IMG/VR virus record: IMGVR_UViG_3300020474_001671
Location: 1 to 61,945 of that record
DNA: 61,945 nt
Origin: a virus
Taxonomy: Duplodnaviria > Caudoviricetes
Strand: one strand, 5' to 3'
Part shown: positions 6,634 to 16,950 of the stretch, in pieces
Layout of the letters: each line of letters begins with the position of its first letter
Numbering within the stretch: the stretch's first letter is position 1
Made by a program: the position numbers and the translations under genes
The notes under the pieces: generated by a model
What the model was told of the DNA's origin: nothing
Database searches by the model: none
What the model saw: only the letters and a program-made list of their open reading frames with translations

Positions 6634-9134
6634 TGCGGTTCTACACAAACGTGCAAGTAGTTGGAGATAATGTTCTTGTACGTGGTTATGAGAATGGGCG
6701 GCATTTTGCCACAAGAGAAAAGTTTTATCCAACTCTTTTCGTTCCTTCAAAATCAAATAAAAAAACAGAATACAAAACATTAGAAGGTGATTATGTAGAA
6801 CCTATTCAACCCGGTGGTATTCGTGATAGTAGAGAGTTTATCAAGAAATATGAAGGAGTAGAAGGATTTAAGATTTATGGTAATGAAAGATTTATCTATC
6901 AGTATATTTCAGAAATGTATTCTGGTGATGAAATTTTATTTGACACAAACAAAATTAAAATATCAACAATTGATATTGAGGTTTCATCTGAAAATGGATT
7001 TCCTGATGTAGAGTCTGCTGCTGAGGAAGTCCTCTTGATTACTATTCAAGATTATACTACAAAGCAAATTCGAACTTGGGGTAAAGGTCCATTTAAACAT
7101 ACTCAGAATAATCTCATTTACAAACAGTTTGAAACTGAAAAAGAACTTTTGAATGATTTTATCAATTGGTGGATGATTGAAGAAAATTGTCCCGAAGTTA
7201 TTACTGGATGGAATAGTGAGTTTTATGACATGCCTTATTTGGTTCGTCGTATTGACCGTATTCTTGGTGAAAAGTTGATGAAACGTCTTTCTCCTTGGGG
7301 ACTAGTAACTGAGAAAATGACTATCAGAAATCATCGTGAAACAATACACTATGATGTTGGTGGTGTTACTCAACTTGACTATTTGACTTTGTATCAAAAG
7401 TTCACCTACAAAAAACAAGAGTCTTATCGATTAGATTACATTGCTGATGTAGAACTAGGACAGAAAAAACTTGATCACTCTGAGTTTGAAACATTCAAAG
7501 ATTTTTATACTAAAGGGTGGCAAAAGTTTGTAGAATATAATATCATTGACGTGCAACTTGTTGACCGTATGGAAGACAAGATGAAACTGATTGAACTTGC
7601 AATTACCATGGCATATGATGCCAAAGTAAACTATAATGATGTATTCACTCAAGTTACGATGTGGGATACTATTATCTACAATTACTTGAAAAATAAAAAC
7701 ATTGTGGTTCCACCAAAGAAAGCAAATAAAAAAGATGGAAAGTATGAGGGTGCTTTTGTAAAACCACCTACTCCAGGTACTTATGATTGGATTGTGTCTT
7801 TCGACCTTAATTCACTATATCCACATTTGATTATGCAGTATAATATTTCTCCAGAAACACTCATGGAAAAAAAGCATCCAAGTGTTACTAAAGATAAGAT
7901 TATCAATAAAGAGTTGAATTTTGAGATGTATAAGGACTATGCTGTATGTGCTAATGGTGCTATGTATCGTAAAGACTTCCGTGGGTTCTTACCAGAACTG
8001 ATGGATAAGATTTATAAAGATCGTACCGTCTATAAAAAGAAGATGCTTAAGGCAAAGCAAGATTATGAAAAGACTCCAACTAAAGCACTTGAAAAAGAGA
8101 TTGCCAGATGTAATAATATTCAGATGGCTCGCAAGATTCAACTCAACTCTGCATATGGTGCTATTGGTAATCAATATTTCCGTTACTACAAATTGGACAA
8201 TGCGGAAGCGATTACGCTTTCTGGTGAAGTCTCTATCCGTTGGATTGAGAATAAACTGAATGATCGTTTAAATAGCATTCTTAAATCAAGTGATGTCGAT
8301 TATGTTATTGCCATGGACACTGACTCCATCTATCTCAATCTTGGTCCTCTTGTTGATAAATTATTCGAAGGTAAAGATAAAGATCCTCTAAAGATTGTCT
8401 CTGCACTTGATAAAATTTGCCAATCAGATTTTGAGAAATACATTGAAAATTCTTACCAAGAACTTTCTGATTATGTGAATGCATATAGTCAGATGATGGT
8501 TATGAAACGTGAGAATATTGCTGAACGTGGAGTATGGACAGCAAAGAAAAAATATGCACTTAATGTATGGAATAGTGAAGGTGTTCAATATTCTGAACCA
8601 AAACTAAAGATTATGGGTCTTGAGGCAATTAAGTCTTCTACTCCTGCTCCATGTCGTGATATGATTAAAGATGCAGTTAGAATTATTTTGACCGGAACCA
8701 ATGATGAAATTATTCAATACATTGAGGAGTGTAGGCAAAAATTTAATACTTTACCTGTAGAATATATTTCTTTCCCTCGTGGTGTGAGTGATGTAAATAA
8801 GTATAAATCTTACTCAAATATTTACATTAAAGGAACACCATGTCATACTAAAGGATGTCTTTTATTCAATCATTATATCAAAGAAAAAAAACTAACACAT
8901 AAATATTCACTTATTCAGAATGGGGAGAAAATAAAATATACTTATTTAAAAACTCCCAATATATTTGGAGAAGAAGTTATTGCTTTTATTCAAGATTTTC
9001 CCAAAGAACTTGGAGTTAAAGCTGACTACGATATGCAGTTCGAAAAAGCATTTTTGAAACCTGTAACTAGTATTCTAGACATAATAGGATGGGATGCTGA
9101 GAAGAAAATAACACTTGATTCATTCTTCGTTTAA
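6633..9134 (+). CDS. gp43: Family B DNA polymerase
   Basis: DIE exonuclease I, SFDLNSLYP, KIQLNSAYG, DTDS motifs; 833 aa uninterrupted. Confidence 0.98.
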   Translation: MRFYTNVQVVGDNVLVRGYENGRHFATREKFYPTLFVPSKSNKKTEYKTLEGDYVEPIQPGGIRDSREFIKKYEGVEGFKIYGNERFIYQYISEMYSGDEILFDTNKIKISTIDIEVSSENGFPDVESAAEEVLLITIQDYTTKQIRTWGKGPFKHTQNNLIYKQFETEKELLNDFINWWMIEENCPEVITGWNSEFYDMPYLVRRIDRILGEKLMKRLSPWGLVTEKMTIRNHRETIHYDVGGVTQLDYLTLYQKFTYKKQESYRLDYIADVELGQKKLDHSEFETFKDFYTKGWQKFVEYNIIDVQLVDRMEDKMKLIELAITMAYDAKVNYNDVFTQVTMWDTIIYNYLKNKNIVVPPKKANKKDGKYEGAFVKPPTPGTYDWIVSFDLNSLYPHLIMQYNISPETLMEKKHPSVTKDKIINKELNFEMYKDYAVCANGAMYRKDFRGFLPELMDKIYKDRTVYKKKMLKAKQDYEKTPTKALEKEIARCNNIQMARKIQLNSAYGAIGNQYFRYYKLDNAEAITLSGEVSIRWIENKLNDRLNSILKSSDVDYVIAMDTDSIYLNLGPLVDKLFEGKDKDPLKIVSALDKICQSDFEKYIENSYQELSDYVNAYSQMMVMKRENIAERGVWTAKKKYALNVWNSEGVQYSEPKLKIMGLEAIKSSTPAPCRDMIKDAVRIILTGTNDEIIQYIEECRQKFNTLPVEYISFPRGVSDVNKYKSYSNIYIKGTPCHTKGCLLFNHYIKEKKLTHKYSLIQNGEKIKYTYLKTPNIFGEEVIAFIQDFPKELGVKADYDMQFEKAFLKPVTSILDIIGWDAEKKITLDSFFV

Positions 9135-9164
9135 TGCTAAACTTATACTCTATTATTGATTCAT

Positions 9165-10181
9165 ATGGATTTTTTAAAAGATATTGTAAAGGAAATCGGA
9201 GATGACTTTACCAAACTCGCAAGAGACATTGACGAAACTGAAACATACGTTGACACTGGTTCGTTCATCTTTAATGCTCTTGTATCTGGGTCTATCCGTG
9301 GGGGTGTTTCTGGGAATAAAATCACTGCAATTGCTGGGGAAAGTTCTACTGGAAAGACTTTTTTCTCACTCGCAGTGGTCAAGAACTTCTTGGATACTAA
9401 TCCCGATGCATATTGCCTTTATTTTGATACTGAGGCAGCTATCACTAAGTCACTCTTAGAGAGTCGTGAAATCGACCTTAATCGTCTTGTCGTTGTTAAT
9501 GTAGTGACTATCGAAGAGTTCCGTAGTAAGGCACTCAGGGCAGTTGATATGTATCAGAAAAAACCTGAAGAAGAACGTAAACCTTGTATGTTTGTGTTAG
9601 ACTCTTTAGGTAATCTTTCAACTAATAAGGAGATTGAAGATACTCTGGCAGAAAAAAATACTAGAGATATGACAAAGGCACAATTAATCAAAGGTGCTTT
9701 TAGAATGTTGACTCTTAAAATGGGACAAGCAAAGATACCTTTCATTGTAACTAATCATGTTTACGACTCAATGTCTTTATATGAAGCAAAGAAAATGGGT
9801 GGAGGATCGGGATTATTTTATGCTTCTTCTTCAGTTATTTTTCTTTCGAAGTCAAAAGAAAAAGAGGGAACATCAGTTGTTGGAAACCTTATTAAGGCAA
9901 AAACTATCAAGTCACGTTTGAGTAAGGAAAACAAGGATGTAACTGTTCGTTTATTTTATGATCGTCGGGGACTTGATCGATATTATGGTTTACTTGAGTT
10001 AGGTGAACTTGCAGGAATGTGGAAGAATGTTGCCGGTCGTTATGAGATGACTGTCAATGGTGAGACTAAAAAAGTATATGCAAAGGCAATTCTAAAAGAT
10101 CCTGAAGTATATTTTACCGAAGAAGTAATGCAGCAACTTGATGCTGCCGCGAAGAAAGAATTCTCTTATGGAACGGATTGA
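9165..10181 (+). CDS. uvsX: RecA-like recombinase
   Basis: AGESSTGKT Walker A, VLDSLG, MGGGSG; promoter TTGATT(9115) N17 TAAACT. Confidence 0.96.
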   Translation: MDFLKDIVKEIGDDFTKLARDIDETETYVDTGSFIFNALVSGSIRGGVSGNKITAIAGESSTGKTFFSLAVVKNFLDTNPDAYCLYFDTEAAITKSLLESREIDLNRLVVVNVVTIEEFRSKALRAVDMYQKKPEEERKPCMFVLDSLGNLSTNKEIEDTLAEKNTRDMTKAQLIKGAFRMLTLKMGQAKIPFIVTNHVYDSMSLYEAKKMGGGSGLFYASSSVIFLSKSKEKEGTSVVGNLIKAKTIKSRLSKENKDVTVRLFYDRRGLDRYYGLLELGELAGMWKNVAGRYEMTVNGETKKVYAKAILKDPEVYFTEEVMQQLDAAAKKEFSYGTD

Positions 10182-11544
10182 GACTACAATTCTCAGAAAT
10201 TTATTATGTAACGAAGATTATTCTCGTAAAGTCATTCCTTTTATAGAACCAACATATTTTGAGCAAAGAAGTGAAAAAGTAATCTTTGAAGAGATTACTA
10301 AGTTCATTGTAAATTATGGTTCTGCCATTACATCAGAAGCACTAAATATTGAGGTTGAGAATCGGACAGATCTAAACGAGAGTGAGATTAAAGAAACCAG
10401 AAACATCTGCAATTCGTTTACAGATTTTCCAGTAGATAAACAATGGTTGTTAGACACTACTGAAAATTGGTGTCGTGATCGTGCGATTTATCTTGCACTG
10501 ATGGAATCTATTCATATTGCGGATGGAAACGATGAGAAGAAAAGTAGGGATGCTATTCCTTCTATTCTTTCTGATGCACTGGCAGTTTCTTTTGATAACA
10601 ACATTGGACATGACTACTTAGAAAATTACGAAGAAAGGTATGAGTATTATCACAGGAAGGAAGAAAAAGTTCCATTTGATTTGGAATATTTTGACAAAAT
10701 TTCGGACGGGGGCATATCTAATAAAACTCTTACTATCGCGCTTGCTGGTACTGGTGTCGGCAAGTCTTTATTCATGTGCAATTTTGCTAGCTCCGTGTTG
10801 CTCCAAGGGAAAAACGTTCTCTACATTACAATGGAGATGGCAGAAGAGAAAATTGCTGAACGAATTGATGCGAATTTATTAGATGTTTCCATTAAGAGTA
10901 TTAAAGATCTGCCTAAGTCAACGTTTGAAAATAAAATATCCAAGTTAGCAGCAAAAACACAGGGAACACTTATAATTAAAGAATACCCTACTTCATCTGC
11001 ACATAGTGGACATTTTAAAGCATTGCTTAGTGAACTTGCACTTAAGAAGTCATTTAGACCTGATATTATTTTCGTTGATTACCTTAATATATGTGCTTCC
11101 ACAAAGTATAAGCAGGGTGGTTCTATTAATTCATATTCATATATTAAATCTATTGCAGAGGAGCTTAGAGGGTTGGCTTGCGAAGCCAAGGTCCCTATCG
11201 TATCTGCCACCCAGACCACTCGTTCTGGTTTTGGTAGCTCTGACGTTGACCTTACTGACACTTCTGAGTCCTTTGGTCTCCCTGCTACTGCTGATCTTAT
11301 GTTTGCCCTTATTAGCACTGAGGAACTTGAACAGATTGGACAGATAATGGTGAAGCAATTGAAGAACAGATACAATGATACTGTAGTCAATAAGAGATTT
11401 GTTGTTGGAATTGATCGTGCCAAGATGCGTATCTATGATTGTGAACAGTCGGCACAAGATAATATACTTGACTCTGGACAAGAAGAAGAGTATAATAACG
11501 AGGATAGACCGAAGAAATCATTTGAGGGATTTAAATTTTCATGA
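10168..11544 (+). CDS. gp41: Replicative DnaB-like helicase
   Basis: LAGTGVGKS, ITMEMAE, IFVDYL, SATQTTRSG, SESFGLPATAD, QLKNRY. Confidence 0.97.
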   Translation: MERIETTILRNLLCNEDYSRKVIPFIEPTYFEQRSEKVIFEEITKFIVNYGSAITSEALNIEVENRTDLNESEIKETRNICNSFTDFPVDKQWLLDTTENWCRDRAIYLALMESIHIADGNDEKKSRDAIPSILSDALAVSFDNNIGHDYLENYEERYEYYHRKEEKVPFDLEYFDKISDGGISNKTLTIALAGTGVGKSLFMCNFASSVLLQGKNVLYITMEMAEEKIAERIDANLLDVSIKSIKDLPKSTFENKISKLAAKTQGTLIIKEYPTSSAHSGHFKALLSELALKKSFRPDIIFVDYLNICASTKYKQGGSINSYSYIKSIAEELRGLACEAKVPIVSATQTTRSGFGSSDVDLTDTSESFGLPATADLMFALISTEELEQIGQIMVKQLKNRYNDTVVNKRFVVGIDRAKMRIYDCEQSAQDNILDSGQEEEYNNEDRPKKSFEGFKFS

Positions 11545-12314
11545 GGAAATTCGATTTGTTTAAATTTCGTAATTATAAAGAAACCCCAATTAGTTTTGAA
11601 GTTGACGTATTAGACAAAATTACAGATGGTGGTTTGCATGATAGATCCGTAAACTATCTTTTTTCAAGTACTGGTGCTGGAAAGACTTTGTTCCTGTGTC
11701 ATGTTGCAGCTTCTGCTATGAGACAGAATAAAAATGTTCTTTTCATTACTGATGAATTACCTCAAGAGAAAATTCATGAAAGGATTCAAGCAAATCTTTT
11801 AAATGATACTATTTTAAATTTATATGATAAAGAAACATCTTTTTACGATAGTTTAAATCTACAATCTCTAAACACTCTTGGCAATCTTAGAGTTATTGAC
11901 GACTATTATAATTACTCATCTTTTGCAGAATTTAGGAGTCAATTTGAACATGATATAAAAAATATCTTATTTAAACCTGATATTATCCTTATTGATGTGT
12001 TTAGTAATTCTAATGATTTAGAAAGTGATTATATGTATCATAAAACTTGTATAGATTATAAAATACCTATTTTAGTTTCTGCAGTGACACCGAGGAAAAA
12101 TCCAGTAGAGTCGATCATAAGAACGATGAGTGTTGAGTCTGGTGCGTTAATGAGCTTTGGTATTGAAATTACAGATAAAACTACATCTTCTTATACAGTG
12201 ACACAAGTAAAAAATAGATATACCCGCCCCGATAAAAATCGAAGATTTACAATCGGCGTTGACTATGATAAAATGAAACTATACAATGCAGAACAATCTA
12301 AATTAGAATTATGA
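11541..12314 (+). CDS. Truncated, diverged gp41 paralog (ATPase domain only)
   Basis: LDKITDGG, STGAGKT, NVLFITDEL, ERIQANLL, PDIILID, QVKNRY, FTIGVDYDKMKLY collinear with gp41 C-terminal domain. Confidence 0.85.
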   Translation: MRKFDLFKFRNYKETPISFEVDVLDKITDGGLHDRSVNYLFSSTGAGKTLFLCHVAASAMRQNKNVLFITDELPQEKIHERIQANLLNDTILNLYDKETSFYDSLNLQSLNTLGNLRVIDDYYNYSSFAEFRSQFEHDIKNILFKPDIILIDVFSNSNDLESDYMYHKTCIDYKIPILVSAVTPRKNPVESIIRTMSVESGALMSFGIEITDKTTSSYTVTQVKNRYTRPDKNRRFTIGVDYDKMKLYNAEQSKLEL

Positions 12315-12718
12315 GTAAAGTAAACACTGATGCCTATCTTGAGTTTGTGAATGCCGTCACATCTCAACCCAGTCAAGATGCCGATGCCTTTGAGTATCGT
12401 ATTCAAGAACTTCGTGGAGAAGGATTTGAAACACATCGACTTCTCACTGCCTCTGTTGGTATGTGTGCCGAAGCAGGTGAGTTTACTGAAGTTGTAAAGA
12501 AGATTATCTTTCAGGGTAAACCAGTCACCGAAGAGAACTTGTTTCATCTCAAACGTGAACTTGGAGATATTATGTGGTATGTGGCACAGGCATGTATGGG
12601 ACTCAATATTTCTCTTGATGATATCATTGAGATGAATGTTGATAAACTCAAGTCACGATATCCTGGTGGTGAGTTTGATGTCCATTATTCTGAAAACCGT
12701 GTTGAGGGAGACTTGTAA
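12311..12718 (+). CDS. mazG: MazG-family nucleotide pyrophosphohydrolase
   Basis: AEAGEFTEVVKK...ELGDIMWY...NVDKLKSRYP. Confidence 0.93.
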   Translation: MSKVNTDAYLEFVNAVTSQPSQDADAFEYRIQELRGEGFETHRLLTASVGMCAEAGEFTEVVKKIIFQGKPVTEENLFHLKRELGDIMWYVAQACMGLNISLDDIIEMNVDKLKSRYPGGEFDVHYSENRVEGDL

Positions 12719-12948
12719 TGGATTGGAGTGAATTCTTCGCATCCTTTTCGCGGGGATTTATAATTGGAATTATACTTTATTTTTCATATTCTATAAAAAA
12801 TAAAATTATGTATCTTGAAAAACGTGTTAGTACATTTGAGGAAAGAATAAAAAATCAAAATAATACTGTACATAAACATAGAGATTTTTTTGAGATTGAA
12901 ATCTCAAAAATTTACGATAAATTAGAAAACCACAATGGAGAATTATGA
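12718..12948 (+). CDS. Hypothetical membrane protein
   Basis: TAATG coupling; N-terminal hydrophobic helix. Confidence 0.6.
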   Translation: MDWSEFFASFSRGFIIGIILYFSYSIKNKIMYLEKRVSTFEERIKNQNNTVHKHRDFFEIEISKIYDKLENHNGEL

Positions 12949-13130
12949 CTGAAAATCAAAATGTAACAATAGAACTGTCTAATAGTGATTGTGTAATTAT
13001 CAAGGACTTACTATCTGAAATAGCTCTTCCTGAAGAACTAGAAGAAGGCACTGCGGACGAAGTAATGTTAGAAAGATTACAAGCATTAAAAAATCTAAGA
13101 CTGAAAATAGAAGGAGCAATAGCACAATGA
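12945..13130 (+). CDS. Hypothetical protein, paralog of next ORF
   Basis: GGAG RBS; VTIELS...IEGAI. Confidence 0.65.
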   Translation: MTENQNVTIELSNSDCVIIKDLLSEIALPEELEEGTADEVMLERLQALKNLRLKIEGAIAQ

Positions 13131-13309
13131 GTAAAAAAGTAACATTAGAACTATCTGTCTATCAGGCAGCAGCAGTTCGTCAGTCATTATTTACTGATAC
13201 GAAAGAATATACTTATGATCCCACATGTTGTCCGCAACGTGTGATTGATATTCGTCAGGCAATTACAAGTATTGATGAACAAATCGAAGAGGCACTTAAG
13301 GAAGAATAA
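13127..13309 (+). CDS. Hypothetical cyanophage protein
   Basis: AGGAG RBS; VTLELS...IEEAL. Confidence 0.7.
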   Translation: MSKKVTLELSVYQAAAVRQSLFTDTKEYTYDPTCCPQRVIDIRQAITSIDEQIEEALKEE

Positions 13310-13509
13310 TGTATACAATTCTCAACTATCTCATATCATTCTGGACGGTAGTTGTGATGAATTGTATACAACCTGTGAACTGGAAATATTGTTATCGTGT
13401 TGACCAATGGTTAGTTCCAGATATTCAAGAAGGATGGAAACATTATACCGGTGAGATAGTTCCATATCAAACAGAGAAGGACTATCTTAATCAAGATGGT
13501 CCTTTCTAA
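13309..13509 (+). CDS. Hypothetical protein
   Basis: TAATG coupling; CIQPVNWKYC. Confidence 0.65.
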   Translation: MYTILNYLISFWTVVVMNCIQPVNWKYCYRVDQWLVPDIQEGWKHYTGEIVPYQTEKDYLNQDGPF

Positions 13510-13756
13510 ATATTTTATAAAATATATGATTAACGAAATTTTAAAAGAATTGATATTATCTTTTGAAACTGAATCAAAGTACCCACAAAAAATAAAGTAT
13601 AAACATTTTCTTACTCATGTTTATACAACTTTCGATAAAAAGATAGTATCATCTAAAGTAGATCGGGAAATGAATAAATATAAGAAAATGAGAATAGATG
13701 TGATCAACTATATCGTTGCACATGAAAATCAGATAATAAAACAATTAAGTAAGTAA
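13496..13756 (+). CDS. Hypothetical protein (start uncertain)
   Basis: Open frame; TAATG coupling to next gene. Confidence 0.5.
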   Translation: MVLSKYFIKYMINEILKELILSFETESKYPQKIKYKHFLTHVYTTFDKKIVSSKVDREMNKYKKMRIDVINYIVAHENQIIKQLSK

Positions 13757-14367
13757 TGAAAAATTTCTCTCAATTTATTATCGAAGCACCCGATGCCGCA
13801 ACTCAAGCAAAGGCACTTGGATTTAAAAGTGATGGTCATGGTGGTTGGGGAAGAGTTATTAGAGGTACTTGGGAGTTTATGGGTAAAACCTTTACCAACC
13901 CAAAAACAGGAAGAACATCAATTGAGTATTCAAATAAAGGAACGAAACTAGGAGGACAAGATCGTAGACAAACTCCAAGAGAAAAAAGAATATCAGGAAC
14001 AACATATGCTCCAATAGCAGCATCATATGAATATGGAACTAATGACTACGAAAAAGAATTGAGAGAAAAATACATCAATAAAGAAATTTTTAATATTGAT
14101 GAATGGGTGAAGTGTGATGTTAGTGAAAGTATTGGAAAAATTATCCGAAGAGGAACAAACTATCTAATCTGTGTAACTGAAGATGGTGAGATGTTTAAAC
14201 CTTGGATTAAAGATGTATTAGAATCAGTAACTAATAGTAATGCACCTTCTGGGGTTCCTGCCGATCAGAGACTTGTAGGAACTGATGCTCATAGAAAGTA
14301 TGTGGAGAAAATGGTTCCTGGAAGTGAATGGGGCAAACAATTTATAAATAAATATAAGAAAAAGTAA
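13756..14367 (+). CDS. Late protein resembling the termini of the cyanophage 'cytidyltransferase' gene, without the catalytic domain
   Basis: MKNFSQFIIEA...DGHGGW N-terminus and IIRRGTNYLICVTEDGEMFKPWIKD C-terminus; no HxGH motif. Confidence 0.65.
   Translation: MKNFSQFIIEAPDAATQAKALGFKSDGHGGWGRVIRGTWEFMGKTFTNPKTGRTSIEYSNKGTKLGGQDRRQTPREKRISGTTYAPIAASYEYGTNDYEKELREKYINKEIFNIDEWVKCDVSESIGKIIRRGTNYLICVTEDGEMFKPWIKDVLESVTNSNAPSGVPADQRLVGTDAHRKYVEKMVPGSEWGKQFINKYKKK
14343..14350 (+). promoter_or_regulatory. T4-type late promoter
   Basis: TATAAATA upstream of ORF 14386. Confidence 0.7.
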
Positions 14368-14385
14368 GAATTATTAGATCTTCCG

Positions 14386-16296
14386 ATGAGTAATAAAGTA
14401 TTTGAAGAAGCTCCTCAGGCACCTCAACCCTCTGGTGGTGCAGTAGATAAATTAAGAAAGGCTGCAAGGCAACTTGCTTATGATACTCGTTATAAAGTAA
14501 AAGGTAAGTTTAAGGAAGGTCAGAAAACTGATCCTGCATCACTTCAACGTGCTTATATGCAGCAGTTGGGTGCATCATCTGCACCTGGTCCTGTCAAGTT
14601 GCTTGCTAAAAAGATGTTGATGGGTGAACAGTATGATTTTGCTATGGTCGAATCTTCACTTCCTCGGATTTTCAATAAAGTATTTGTAGAAGGTGTTGGA
14701 GAATATGTATTAAGAGTAAAAGATCCTAATGCAGGTTCGCAGTATACAAGATCTTATGGCACTTATGCTGCTGCAGAAGCAAAGGCAACTGAACTTAGGA
14801 AAAAAGGTTTACGTGTAGAACTTGCTACTGCTAGTAGTAGTGCAAAGAAAGGGACTTATGATAATAAGGGTGAGGGAAAGAAAGATTATGATGGTGATGG
14901 AAAAATTGAAAGTGGTTCTAAAGAACATGCTGGAGCAGTCCATAATGCTATCCAACGTAAGAAGGGTGGAGTTGCTGATGGTAAAGATACCAGAAAAGAA
15001 GAGTATGTTGAAGAAGTCATCTATGAAACAGAAGATGAGCAAGGTAAAAAACTTGATGTAATGAAAGGTAAAAATAAAGTCACAATTAATCCTAATGTTT
15101 TAGAGAATGCAACACAATATTTTTATGATCAGGGATATAAGGAGGAAGATATTGCACTAATCTCTGAAGGAATGGGTTATGATATGTTCCTTGAATTTGT
15201 TAATGAGGTTGGATCTACAATATGTCTTTATGAAGATGTTCAGGGAGAACTATTAACAAAAGCAGGTAAAGCAAGAAAGAATCCAAAGATTACTAAATCT
15301 GCCGGAACAGCAAGTGAAATTTCACCCAACAAACCAAAAGAAAATAAAAAACCTGAAGCAAAGAAGTCTTCTCCTGGACAACTTTCAATTAATTATAATA
15401 AGAAACCATCTCCTCCAGGACAAGAAAGAATTAAGCAGGGAATACAAACTGCAGTAAAAAAAGCAACTTCTCCAGAAGCAAAGAAAAAAGTTGGACGTGA
15501 AGTTAAAGGTGCTGCAGATACTGTTGCAAGAGTTGCACTTTCTGCTTGGAAAGGTCATAAAGCGGCAATGAAGAAGAAAAAAGAAGGTGGATCAATTGCT
15601 CAACAAATTGGTTCTGGTGCAGGTAAAGCAGTTGGATCTTTCTTTAAGAAAGGAAAAAGTCATTTAGAAAATTATGAACCTACTGTTCGTGAGGGAATTA
15701 AAGCAGAACTTGATGCACTGAAGGCACAAAAAGTTGAGGAAGCAATGGCCGCGGCAAAAGCAGCAGGTCCTTCTCCTGAAGAAAAACAGGAACTTGCTAA
15801 TAAGGATAAGATATTGAAGAAAAAAATGATGTTGCAGAAGCAACAAATGGCTTTGCAGAGGTCGGGAAAACTTGCTTTGAATTATAGTGAGGAATCGGAA
15901 GGAACGATTCGTTATTGTCCTGCCTGCGATAAAAATGAAACTAGATATGAGTGTAAGGTAAGTCCACAGTATTGGGATGAAAATTCTCAACCTAAAAAGG
16001 AAGATCAAACAACTGAAGAAGATCCAAGATCTATGAAAACAAAGATTAATCTTGCAAAGAACAAGTTAAGAGCAATGGGTCTCAAGATGTCTTATGATAT
16101 GGAAGGTGATATGGTTGAAGAATTGAGTGTTAAAGATCAGATGAAAGTAAGTCAAGAATACTTTAAAAAACGTAATTCTCGTTCCCCCGAAGAGAAGGAA
16201 GCAGAGAAACGGAAGAATGCTAAGGATCGTGCAAAGAATTATGCGATGCACAAAAAACCAGACCCATACAGATCACGTCCAGGAGAGAGTGATTGA
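14386..16296 (+). CDS. Large Lys/Glu-rich late protein, putatively head-associated
   Basis: 636 aa; late promoter; alternating basic and acidic blocks; DYDGDGKIE motif. Confidence 0.7.
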   Translation: MSNKVFEEAPQAPQPSGGAVDKLRKAARQLAYDTRYKVKGKFKEGQKTDPASLQRAYMQQLGASSAPGPVKLLAKKMLMGEQYDFAMVESSLPRIFNKVFVEGVGEYVLRVKDPNAGSQYTRSYGTYAAAEAKATELRKKGLRVELATASSSAKKGTYDNKGEGKKDYDGDGKIESGSKEHAGAVHNAIQRKKGGVADGKDTRKEEYVEEVIYETEDEQGKKLDVMKGKNKVTINPNVLENATQYFYDQGYKEEDIALISEGMGYDMFLEFVNEVGSTICLYEDVQGELLTKAGKARKNPKITKSAGTASEISPNKPKENKKPEAKKSSPGQLSINYNKKPSPPGQERIKQGIQTAVKKATSPEAKKKVGREVKGAADTVARVALSAWKGHKAAMKKKKEGGSIAQQIGSGAGKAVGSFFKKGKSHLENYEPTVREGIKAELDALKAQKVEEAMAAAKAAGPSPEEKQELANKDKILKKKMMLQKQQMALQRSGKLALNYSEESEGTIRYCPACDKNETRYECKVSPQYWDENSQPKKEDQTTEEDPRSMKTKINLAKNKLRAMGLKMSYDMEGDMVEELSVKDQMKVSQEYFKKRNSRSPEEKEAEKRKNAKDRAKNYAMHKKPDPYRSRPGESD

Positions 16297-16670
16297 TGCC
16301 TGCAGTATCACAAAAACAACAGAAGTTCTTTGGAATAGTTCGTGCCATCCAAAAAGGAGAAATGGCACCTACTACTCCTGAGACTGCAAAGGCAGCTGCT
16401 GATATGAAGAAGAGTGATGTAAAAGATTTTGCATCCACTAAACATAAAGGTCTTCCTGAAAAGAAAAAGGTTGAAGAAAGAATTGATTATGCTGACTCTA
16501 ATCAAATGAAACAATTTGCTGATGAGAAAAAGAAGCATAAAGAACAAGATAATAGAATGAAGTTTGGTAAGTTTTACGATAAGGCTAAAGAGGCAAAAGA
16601 TAGATTGCGTCCTGGTGAAGTTAAGAAGTGGGACAAGGAAAAGAAAAAGTGGGTATCAAATAAAGATTAA
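16296..16670 (+). CDS. Basic protein with DUF3008-like N-terminus
   Basis: MPAVSQKQQKFFG...DVKDFASTKHKGLPEK. Confidence 0.65.
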   Translation: MPAVSQKQQKFFGIVRAIQKGEMAPTTPETAKAAADMKKSDVKDFASTKHKGLPEKKKVEERIDYADSNQMKQFADEKKKHKEQDNRMKFGKFYDKAKEAKDRLRPGEVKKWDKEKKKWVSNKD

Positions 16671-16704
16671 ATTTCCTATATAGATTAGACTTCTGGTTTA
16701 AACC

Positions 16705-16908
16705 ATGTTAGCATTTCTTCTTCCATTAGCATCAAAAATTATTGGTGATGCAGTTTCTAAGATTCCTGAAAATGAGGAACTTGGAGAAAAACTGATTGAT
16801 ATTTGTCTGGTTATTCTAGGTAAGGCAGTTAAACTGACCAAAACTGATATGGATGATCAACTTCTTGAATCCGTTTCTGCCGCAATTCGTGCCAGAGAAG
16901 CAGAGTAA
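16705..16908 (+). CDS. Conserved small hypothetical protein
   Basis: MLAFLLPLASKII...LTKTDMDDQLL. Confidence 0.7.
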   Translation: MLAFLLPLASKIIGDAVSKIPENEELGEKLIDICLVILGKAVKLTKTDMDDQLLESVSAAIRAREAE

Positions 16909-16911
16909 TTT

Positions 16912-16919
16912 TATAAATA
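16912..16919 (+). promoter_or_regulatory. T4-type late promoter
   Basis: TATAAATA. Confidence 0.75.
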
Positions 16920-16950
16920 TCTTTATAAAAGAACTCAAAGGTAAGAGAAA

